Shown one piece after another: positions 14,201 to 25,743 of a stretch of 64,000 nt of DNA. The notes under the pieces are model-generated. The model ran no database searches, was not told where the DNA came from, and saw nothing but the letters and a program-made list of their open reading frames with translations. Source of the stretch: Macrostomum lignano (Eukaryota); assembly GCA_002269645.1 (NCBI GenBank), contig NIVC01003892.1, positions 1 to 64,000 of the forward strand. Reading direction: 5' to 3'. The position numbers were made by a program, and so were the translations under genes. Positions within the stretch are counted from its first letter, which is position 1; each line of letters begins with the position of its first letter.

Positions 14201-16240
14201 TCAACGCAGAAGAATGTCCGAGTGGACAAGATCATCTCGCATCCTCGGTGAGTCGTTGGCTTGTTATGCCCTGTTTAATTTCTAGGTTTCAATAACAGAG
14301 GTAGAAAGAAGGCGACAACCAAGACGGAGAATATACCCGTAAGAAAAGACCAAAAAGGCCATAGAAACCTTTCACTCATCCAACCATTTGCGACCAAAAT
14401 AGACTAAACAAGTGGTGGGGAATATCTTATACATAGCTTAGTTTCATTTATGATTCACGAATAAAATAGTCTATGGTCGGAACCCCTACTCCAGCCGCAC
14501 TGGTTGTGTGACTTCGGTGTAAATGTCTATGGTACAAGTACAGTAATATAAGGCTTTAAGGGCGTTTGACGGAATATCACTTAGTGCTCTTCTATGGGGG
14601 TAGGGTCGATGAGCATTATGTAATAGTCCAGTTTAATAACACTGACTTAATAAACCCACGCAAACAAACAAACAGCTACAACTCCCGGACCATCGACTAC
14701 GACATCGCCCTGATGCGCCTAGCCGAGAAGGTCGACTACAGCGAGAACATCAGCCCTGCCTGCCTGGCTGACTTTGACTTCCCCGGCGAGACTCTGTGCT
14801 ACACCACCGGCTGGGGATCTGTTGGAGGTGAGAGCTGGAGATTTTATTACGCGTGTTAAACGAGTGCAGGTGCAGACAGACTCGTGCATACAAACTATTA
14901 TCCAAGACTTTTATTATTAACGAGCAAATTAAGAACATTAATGTCCGATATATTTAGGTGCTTACTAATAGTAGGCTGATTATAAATTTTTGCATGTTTC
15001 TCTATTGCAAAGTGTATGGTTAATTCTCGCTCCCCCCTCTCCAGGCACCGGCCATTCCGGCATTCTGAAGCAGGCCTACGTTCCCATCGTCGACAACGCC
15101 AAGTGCAACCAGCGCGACTTCTACAACGGCGACATCACCGACCGCATGATCTGCGCCGGTTACGACGCCGGCGGTCACGACGCCTGCCAGGTTAGCAGGA
15201 CCAACTAAGTTTCAACCTATCCTACTCCCCTTTTGACCCACTAACGAACCCTCAACCCCTTTGACCCACCAACCCTTAACCCCTTTGACCCACAAACTAT
15301 CATCCCTTTTGACCCACAAATCCTTAACCCCTTCACATATCCTCATCCCCTTTGTCCTACTAACCCTCGTCTCCTTTGACCCACAAATTCTCAACCCCCT
15401 TGACCCACGAATCCTCATTCCTTTTGACCCTCAAATCCTCATGCCCTTTGACCCACTTGCCTTCATCACGTATTTCTCACAGGGTGACAGCGGCGGTCCG
15501 CTCGTGTGCTCCGAGGGTGACGGTGCTGATGAGAAGTGGTACCTGTTCGGCGCCACCTCCTGGGGCATCGGCTGCGCTGGTAAGTGGTGCTGGCTACATG
15601 AACAGGTGTCCAAGGCACATCTGTCTATGCCTACACAATGTGCACCTTCATGATATTACACCTAGATAGAGGTACACTACCAAGAAAACTCATCCTTAAT
15701 GTAGCCGATCAATTAGAAAATCCCCATTCGCTACAACAGCAGCAGCAGGAGCAGCCACTGCCACAGAGCTGCACTCGGCCATAGACAATAAAGCCAATCA
15801 AAGCCACTACCACAGAACTGCACTCGGCCATAGACAATAAAGCCAATCAAAGCCACTACCACAGAACTGCACTCGGCCATAGACAATAAAGCCAATCAAA
15901 GCCACTGCCAAAGAACTGCACTTGGCCATAGACAATAAAGCCAATCAAAGCCACTACCACAGAACTGCACTCGGCCATAGACAATAAAGCCAATCAAAGC
16001 CACACTGCCACAGAGCTGCACTCGGCCATAGACAATAAGCTACACTTAAATGCCCATCTAGCTAAGTACAGCCGCAGTATATACAAATGCGAGGCTATTG
16101 ACAATTACAATCAGAGCACGTGACTAAGGCTAATTAAATATAAATTCCTACTTGCAGGTGTGAAGAAGCCAGGCGTTTACGCCAGCGTTCCTAATATGTT
16201 CGAATGGATCCAGGAGACAATGGCTGCCAACTCTCGTTAA
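11222..16240 (+). CDS. Secreted multidomain S1A serine protease: signal peptide - CUB - LDLa - trypsin-like domain (about 432 aa, 9 exons)
   Basis: Exons 11222-11276, 12211-12437, 12814-12952, 13719-13826, 13956-14247, 14676-14827, 15045-15190, 15483-15579, 16158-16240. All introns are GT-AG with matching phases. Signal peptide [17 protein letters not shown]; CUB ([13 protein letters not shown]...[11 protein letters not shown]...[11 protein letters not shown]...GRYCG...[12 protein letters not shown]); LDLa ([14 protein letters not shown]...[13 protein letters not shown]); IVGG; catalytic triad TAAHC / DIALM / GDSGGP; D189 (DACQ) and G226 (PGVY) give trypsin-like specificity. AATAAA follows the stop. 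Confidence 0.97.
11560..12102 (+). repeat. 49-bp minisatellite in protease intron 1 (TTGATTGGCTTTATTGTCTATGGCCGAGTGCAGTTCTGTGGCAGTGGCT)
   Basis: About 11 units; it is the reverse complement of the array at 15754-16038. Confidence 0.96.
12520..12690. repeat. 19-bp minisatellite in protease intron 2 (GAGAGTAGATCATGGGTGA)
   Basis: About 8 units. Confidence 0.9.
12955..13697. repeat. Two adjacent 21-bp minisatellites filling protease intron 3 (GAACCGAGTGTCTGACAGGTG, then TCTAACAGGTGACACCCCATG)
   Basis: The array runs from the donor site to about 20 nt before the acceptor. Confidence 0.95.
15225..15460. repeat. Degenerate CCCTTTGACCCAC-type repeat in protease intron 7
   Basis: About 7 diverged units. 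Confidence 0.75.
15754..16038 (-). repeat. Inverted copy of the intron-1 49-bp minisatellite in protease intron 8
   Basis: About 6 units of AGCCACTACCACAGAACTGCACTCGGCCATAGACAATAAAGCCAATCAA. Confidence 0.95.
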
Positions 16241-16601
16241 CTTCAGCGTTAATCGGGGATTGACGACAAACTTGCGAAGACGGACGGAAATTGGAAGCGA
16301 TAATAAATCTATGTAAAATTCAGTTGCCGTTCGGTGCCGCAAATAAAACAATTAAAATAAAAACGAAAATTCGTTTTCAATTCAAACTGTTGGCAAACAA
16401 TTTTAACTGCTTTTTCGTCTGATTTTTTTAATTAAGAAAAGTTAATGGCGTTTCATTTATCTTGATTAGTTTTGAATGTGATAGGCGTTGACATTTGAAA
16501 ATCTACCTAGAATATAATGCAGAGGTTGCAATTCATATTTATAGGATATGAGATGACATTGAGATGGAAACGGAGAGAGGAAGTTAAAGAATTAGGAGCC
16601 T

Positions 16602-17067
16602 GGGTGACAGTTCAGCTGAGGACAGGACAGCTGAGGACAGGTCAGCTGAGGACAGGTCAGCTGAGGACAGGTCAGTTGAGGACAGGTCAGCTGAGGACAG
16701 GACAGCTGAGGACAGGTCAGCTGAGGACAGGACAGCTGAGGACAGGTCAGCTGAGGACAGGTCAGCTGAGGACAGGACAGCTGAGGACAGGTCAGCTGAG
16801 GACAGGTCAGTTGAGGACAGGTCAGCTGAGGACAGGACAGCTGAGGACAGGTCAGTTGAGGACAGGTCAGCTGAGGACAGGACAGCTGAGGACATGACAG
16901 CTGAGGACATGACAGCTGAGGACATGACAGCTGAGGACATGACAGCTGAGGACAGCACAGCTGAGGACAGGACAGCTGAGGACAGGACAGCTGAGGACAG
17001 GACAGCTGAGGACAGGACAGCTAAAGTACTCAAGCCCCCAGTGCTGAAAGCAGCTGAACCGTCATCC
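16602..17067. mobile_element. Putative MITE with 17-bp imperfect TIRs enclosing a 15-bp minisatellite (CAGCTGAGGACAGGT)
   Basis: Left GGGTGACAGTTCAGCTG versus reverse complement of the right end GGATGACGGTTCAGCTG. No TSD found. The tandem array itself is certain. Confidence 0.5.
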
Positions 17068-17366
17068 TGTTATCTTCAATGCATCCTCGAACACTCGATC
17101 GCAGCGTTTGGAAAATTTCTCCCCACAACACACACAGGTGTGATGCTTGTTCTTTGCGTCTCATGCATTGTTATAAACACACTTGAGAAATCAAACAATT
17201 CAGTTTTAACAAGCAGGAAAGCAGATTAAAAGTGCATTCATTTCCTTTGAGCCCCATGTACAAATATATATTTTGCTGTAGCTCAAAAACGAACTCAACG
17301 TTTAAACTATATGATTTTAAGAGAATTGTTAGCCAAGCCCAAGCATACAAGAATTTGAGCAGTCGT

Positions 17367-17655
17367 TCAGATTTTCTTCTTAACTGGAACCAGCTCGTAC
17401 ACCGCCATCGCGTACTCGCCGCCGCATGTTTCGGTGCCAACGCCGTTGAAGCACGGAGCATTGCAAAATGGGGGGTGGCGTCCGCGGTAGGCTTGCATGA
17501 TGAACCTACCGCAGAAGCATCGGAAAGCATCCGCGAGACCGAAGAACTTGTAATTGTAGTGCGGCGTACTTTTCTGGATGCACTGCGTTGCGCAGATCTC
17601 TTGGCTCATTTTGTCAGACAGACTCGGCATCTCGTCTTCAAGCACTGGCGATGAC
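17367..17655 (-). CDS. Terminal exon of a WSC (carbohydrate-binding) domain protein
   Basis: Acceptor TACAG at 17657-17656. Translation SSPVLEDEMPSLSDKMSQEICATQC...YKFFGLADAFRCFCG...CNAPCFNGVGTETCGGEYAMAVY fits the WSC Cys pattern. Upstream exons are unresolved; a candidate 36-nt exon is 19902..19867 (CAG|...|GTAAGT). Confidence 0.8.
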
Positions 17656-17764
17656 CTGTACCAGAGATAGCATTGCTTGAAGGGAGCTGAAGAAGCGAAA
17701 TTAATTGGTGCAAATTTGGCTATGAATTGACTTTGAGAGTCAACGGAGAGAACGTTGACGACTA

Positions 17765-18012
17765 AAAGATCGAGGGTTCGATCCTCGACCTACTCGGAAC
17801 AATTTGTGTCCTTGAGCAAGACACTTAACTCTGCATTGCTTCAGTTCACCCAGCTGTAAAATGGGTGCCAGCATTAGCTGGGGTAATTGAGGGTGTGTGG
17901 CGACCCTCCAGTCCTTGGACTGAACAGCCGTACGCAGCCTTCAGATGCGCCGCGCAATAGCTGCGGCTGAGCTGTCAGTTGCACATCTGGCCATTAGGGC
18001 AGGTGTAATCAA
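17765..18012 (+). mobile_element. SINE family A copy (B-box remnant, core, 3' tail)
   Basis: GGGTTCGATCC B-box, then TGTGTCCTTGAGCAAGACACTTAAC...CTGTAAAATGGG (CORE/V-type central-domain resemblance), then a tail shared with 1958-2143. Confidence 0.9.
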
Positions 18013-18109
18013 TTGTGTTGTTGTATTAAATGCATAAATCTAATCAACATTTATCAAGCAAGGCAACTTTAATGAAACTGGAAGACAGGCTTATAGCATA
18101 CAGTAGTGG

Positions 18110-19456
18110 TGTAGTGACCTTCGCGAAAGTTCGATGCATTTGAATTATTTAATTTCTAGAAATTTCCCCGTAGAGTACAAATTAAATTCTCGAAATTTCT
18201 CTCAAAGTAACTAATTTCAATACTCGCATTTATAATTATTCAATGTATAATTTATTACACAACTGGTCCGGTGAGGCGCCGTCAGCATATCTTGGATCGG
18301 GGGGCACACGCCCCGCCAGCGACAGCATCATGGAGCATCAGCATTACTGTAAATAATTAGCCAGCATCGCCACCTCCATCGCCTCCGTTGTCACAGCCAT
18401 TAACACAAGAAGCATCGTCATCCGTGCACATCACCACCGTCGGCATCAACGGGTCGAAGCGTCCAACACCAACCGAAGAAGTTAATCACCATGCGCCTAT
18501 TGCCGAATTCCTTCCGTAGTGCAACACAGGACTCTGTCGACGACCAAATTCTAACATGCCAACACGGGCTAATCAAGGCCGTTCTACAGAGTTCCATGTG
18601 CATCAGCAATCCAGCGTCACCGCGTATTTTCCTCCAGCAGCTACCATCCGAAGTCCGGCCAGCATCATCAGGGAAGTCATCACTGCAGAGGCCTTCCACG
18701 GGGTCAACGACAACTCGATGATGCGACATGGCCAGCCAACTCATTTCCATCGCAGATTCCGGTCTGCCCGTGCGCTCCTCTGCGCTGCCCCAGCCGCAGA
18801 GCGACTACCCGCCTCAGATTCCGCGGCGCCTTGTTCGGGAGTCGTCTGTCTGCACTTTGGCATTCTCCGCAGGTCGCGCAGCCCAAGCGACAATCCGCCG
18901 TTCTGGAGCATCGCAGGAGGACTCAGGAGTAGACCGGCCGTTCGTTCGTCCATTCAATACAGCACAACCGACGTCAGCCATTCAGCCAATACAGCAGCAT
19001 CCGTCTCGTGCGCTTCCCTGCTGGTTCTCTCGGCCACAGAGCGACAGCCCGCCTCCAGTAGTCCGGTGCAACTTGTCTAGGGTGTCGCCTGTCGGTATCG
19101 GCATCCTTACAGTCGGCCACACGACCGATCATATGCCATCGGGAGCGTCAGTCGAGGACGCGAGCGGATCAGGCACTGCAGCATCCACCACAGACTTTCA
19201 TCATCCTAGTAGCTACTACCATACCGTAAGCCAACTAAATGCATATCCAATCCTATTGACTATTGCCAATTTCCATAGGGACTCCGTCTTCCGTGGGGGG
19301 AACTGTTGTAGTGACCTTCGCGAAAGTTCGATGCATTTGAATTATTTAATTTCTAGAAATTTCCCCGTAGAGTACAAATTAAATTCTCGAAATTTCTCTC
19401 AAAGTAACTAATTTCAATACTCGCATTTATAATTATTCAATGTATAATTTATTACA
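18110..19456 (+). mobile_element. Non-autonomous LTR retroelement (TRIM-like, 1347 bp) with identical 150-bp LTRs
   Basis: LTRs at 18110-18259 and 19307-19456 are identical by eye and bounded TG...CA. PBS-like TGGTCCGGTGAG lies just after the 5' LTR, and a GGGGGGAA polypurine tract just before the 3' LTR. No RT or integrase motifs inside. No perfect TSD. Confidence 0.88.
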
Positions 19457-20285
19457 GTAAAGCAGTACTACAATCGATACAAATCTAATAGGAATCAACA
19501 ATTAATATTTGTTTTGTTATAATGCTTAGAGTTTTCTAGAAGTTTCCGGCGATGCTCCTGATGGCTATAAATATACGGTGCCCACAGCGGATACTTCCTT
19601 ACTTCTTCTCCATACTTCTTACTTTTGATTAAATAAAATAAGAACCACCGCCTTTCCCTTCTTTAATTTACATTAAACCTTTACAGTGCGAGTTGATGGT
19701 GAACCAGCCTCACAGATGCCAGCACTACCGGTATACATGTATAAGTCGTAGTGATCGAGGTCAGCAAAAACAAATGCTCTGAGCACTGACTCTGACTCAG
19801 TTGGATGACTCAAATTGGATGCTAATTTCTATAATCAAATACAGAAAACAGAATGGTCAGACTTACCTGGAATCTGAGGTACAATTTTATACTTGGAGGC
19901 ACCTGTAATGATGCGTATGAGCAATAAATCCTGTGTGGCAGCTTGCTTGCTTACGCGCGATCGCAAAACTAACCAATGCTCAAATGCAGACGCACAAAAC
20001 CAACCAATGCTCAAATGCAGACACACAAAACCAACCAATGCTCAAATGCACAGCCTGTGAATTTCTCACCTTCAACTTCATAGCCTCCCTGAGCAGTCAA
20101 GAGGACCAGCAGAGTCAGAACTGAGCACAGCATGATAAGCTTGCCTTATTAACAAAGTTCGTTGATCATTCATTTGAGATAAGCCTGGGTTGAGTCGTGA
20201 TTCTTCTTTAGCAGATGGGGTCTCAGCCATAGACATCTCAAACTCCCATCCTCAGTCGAAGCAGACGTTAAATTCAAGGCCAAGA

Positions 20286-20640
20286 CATGGATGAATGAAT
20301 AGAATGGATTGCTATTCTGGCTCTGGCTATTTTCGTTTTTGACTCTTTTGCATCCGGTTCCCCCCCCCCGTGCCTTTTCATTGGTTGATGATTGCCATAG
20401 ACAATTTTCGGCCTTCGCCCCTTTCTTTCGATGCACAAGCGCAAAGAACTGAGAATGTCAGTTACTTGCAGAGAATATCGAGCGCTCGTAGGTCTTCCCC
20501 CTTTATTTCAAAACACGAGCGAAATTGTCTATGGCAATCATCAACCAATGAAAAGGCACGGGGGGGAACCGGATGCAAAAGAGTCAAAAACGAAAATAGC
20601 CAGAGCCAGAATAGCAATCCATTCTATTCATTCATCCATG
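20286..20640. mobile_element. hAT-type MITE, 355 bp, with ~125-bp near-perfect TIRs and an 8-bp TSD
   Basis: TSD GGCCAAGA at 20278-20285 and 20641-20648; termini CATGGATGAATG...CATTCATCCATG. Confidence 0.92.
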
Positions 20641-20888
20641 GGCCAAGAGGGTGAGGAAAAAGGGAAATTTTGATATGAAAGGAGACTCCCAGGATCCCCA
20701 GTAATTAACTCTACATGTGTCGCAGATCTTCTTTCCCAGTATTGCCAGATCAGAGACGGAAGGGAAATTATGGGAAACACGTATGAGTGCTCAGCTTCTC
20801 AGGCCAGTGGATATCGATTTGGCTCAACATCTTTACATGAGAGACTAATGAACTGTGAAGCAGCGAAGGACTGACCGGTGTTGTATTC

Positions 20889-22564
20889 GGGTCCACCCCA
20901 ACTGCCGGCCGGAAAACTGCCAGCCGACAACTGCCAGCCGGAAAACTGCCAGCCGACAACTGCCAGCCGGAAAACTGCCAGCCGACAACTGCCAGCCGGA
21001 AAACTGCCAGCCGACAATTGCCAGTCGACAACTGCCAGCCGACAACTGCCAGCCGACAACTGCCAGTCGACAACTGCCAGCCGACAACTGCCAGTCGACA
21101 ACTGCCAGTCGACAACTGCCAGCCGTCTGCCAGCCGACAATTGCCAGCCGGAAAACTGCCAGCCGACAACTGCCAGCCGGAAAACTGCCAGCCGACAATT
21201 GCCAGTCGACAACTGCCAGCCGACAACTGCCAGCCGACAACTGCCAGTCGACAACTGCCAGCCGACAACTGCCAGCCGACAACTGCCAGTCGACAATTGC
21301 CAGCCGAGAAAACTGCCAGCCGGACAATTGCCAGCCGACAACTGCCAGTCGACAATTGCCAGCCGAGAAAACTGCCAGCCGGAAAACTGCCAGCCGAGAA
21401 CTGCCAGCCGACAACTGCCAGTCGACAATTGCCAGTCGACAATTGCCAGCCGAGAAAACTGCCAGCCGGACAACTGCCAGCTGGAAAACTGCCAGCCGAC
21501 AACTGGCAGCCGGAACACTGCCAGCCGACAACTGGCAGCCGGAACACTGCCAGCCGACAATTGCCAGCCGACAACTGCCAGCCGACAACTGCCAGTCGAC
21601 AACTGCCAGCCGACAACTGCCAGCCGGAAAACTGCCAGCCGACAACTGGCAGCCGGAACACTGCCAGCCGACAATTGCCAGCCGACAACTGCCAGCCGGA
21701 AAACTGCCAGCCGGACAACTGCCAGCCGGAAAACTGCCAGCCGGAAAACTGGCAGCCGACAAGTTCTAGCTAATTGAATCTACTGTAGCCTACTTATTAG
21801 CTAAGTAAAAAGCACGAAACTGTTTGGCTAGCAAAAGGCTTGTGGGGTAGCCTTAAATGTCGCCCTTCCCTTCCCTAATTTTTTCAGATTTCCATTAGAA
21901 GTATGTATGTGAAGAAGGCATTCTGTAATGCCTATTGTAAATATTTCTGTATTGAAAGTTTATTTACTTTATTATTTAATTTGCGATTGCTATATGACGC
22001 AATCCTAGATAAGTCTATTAAACTACTTTACTTAAATAAAGCTTTCAAAGAAAGAGCAAAGGCTACCTAAAAATACGAAATTTGAATGCTTTCTCATTCA
22101 CATATATACTTCTAATGGAAATCTGAAAAAATTAGGGAAGGGAAGGGCGACATTTAAGGCTACCCCACAAGCCTTTTGCTAGCCAAACAGTTTCGTGCTT
22201 TTTACTTAGCTAATAAGTAGGCTACAGTAGATTCAATTAGCTAGAACTTTTCGGCTGCCAGTTGTCGGCTGGCAGATTTCTCGACTGGCAGTTGTCGGCT
22301 GGCAATTGTCGACTGGCAGTTGTCGGCTGGCAGTTCTCGGCTGGCAGTTTTCTCGACTGGCAGTTGTCGGCTGGCAATTGTCGACTGGCAGTTGTCGGCT
22401 GGCAGTTTTCCGGCTGGCAGTTTTCTCGGCTGGCAGTTTTCCGGCTGGCAGTTGTCGGCTGGCAGTTGTCGACTGGCAGTTGTCGGCTGGCAGTTGTCGG
22501 CTGGCAGTGTTCCGGCTGCCAGTTGTCGGCTGGCAGTTTTCCGGCTGGCAGTTGGGGTGCTCCC
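20889..22564. mobile_element. Foldback / Mutator-like non-autonomous DNA element with a 9-bp TSD
   Basis: TSD GTTGTATTC at 20880-20888 and 22565-22573. Termini GGGTCCACCCCAACTGCC versus reverse complement GGGAGCACCCCAACTGCC. Each arm is a 14-bp array (ACTGCCAGCCGACA) plus a ~150-bp unique inverted segment (about 21765-21915 vs 22100-22250), with an AT-rich spacer between the arms. Confidence 0.92.
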
Positions 22565-22737
22565 GTTGTATTCAGCTCACGTGATGGAGCATATTGCGGT
22601 TACTTTTCTAAGATTTTCTTAGGAGTGATTGCCTATATTTTGTGTGTATAATAGGCCTACTAGCAAAATAGCTGTGTAACTACCATATTATACAGGATAA
22701 AAAATTAATAGTAAATTATTTATATAGTCATTTATTT

Positions 22738-24847
<2,110 letters not shown>

Positions 24848-25743
24848 CTAGCCAGCTAGGCAGTGTACATGCTATTCTGTGCTATGGGGTTGGCCCTCAT
24901 GTGAGTAGAATGGCACGACATGCCCTCCAGGCCAGTTTTCATACTCGATTCCCCAGTTATGTTACCATGCAGAGAGCCGCACGTGGTTGATTTGACGCGA
25001 GAGGCATATGCGTTAACCGAAGAGATCAGTCTCTAACCGCCCCCGCTTTCTTTCGGCTCCAGCACGCAGGCCTGGTTTGGTGTGTAACTAACTATTATAC
25101 TACTTGAGCAGGGCTGCTTTGCTCCAGCTTCTGTCAGTAGATTTATCTAGCATCTCTCCCAGTCCGTCCACCCTTTTAGTCCCACACGTACTCTCTTCTC
25201 CTCTCTTCCTTCCATACCATATTCTCTCCCCATCTCTGCCTTCGTCTCTCCCGACCCTGACGGTCCTCCTATACATTCTTCTTCGTTTGGTTTCCATGCT
25301 CTCAACTCCTTAAGCCCCTCACCAGACAGACAGCTCATAAAGCTACCAACTAAGAGTACTATAGTCCAATTTACTAACCCGTGAATATCAAAAAAGTTAA
25401 TTTAGCTCGTACAGGCATTTACATTCGTGTTTCAACCATAGTTAATTGGAAGTCGCAAGGGTAGAATCGACAGAGTTGGGGGGGAGGACGGGTGGGGGGT
25501 GTGGGGTAGAGCAGGGGGAGAGATTCAGGCAAAAGCAGATGGCCAATGAGCATATGTCGGCAATACAGGGAAATTAACTAACAGTGCCTCTCGCTGTGAG
25601 TGAAGTACAGGCGCATAAAGGACCGGATCTGTTCCATTCAGTACTTCTTAAAGAGCCCGGGCGAAAAGGAGAGCAAGGCAGTAGACGAGAATTAAACTGT
25701 TTTAATAACGGTTTCATAACTAAAAACATTTGCCAATATAAAA

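Noticed and set aside
20768-22651. Multiple 250-316-aa ORFs on both strands
   Set aside because: Products of the 14-bp subterminal arrays of the foldback element.
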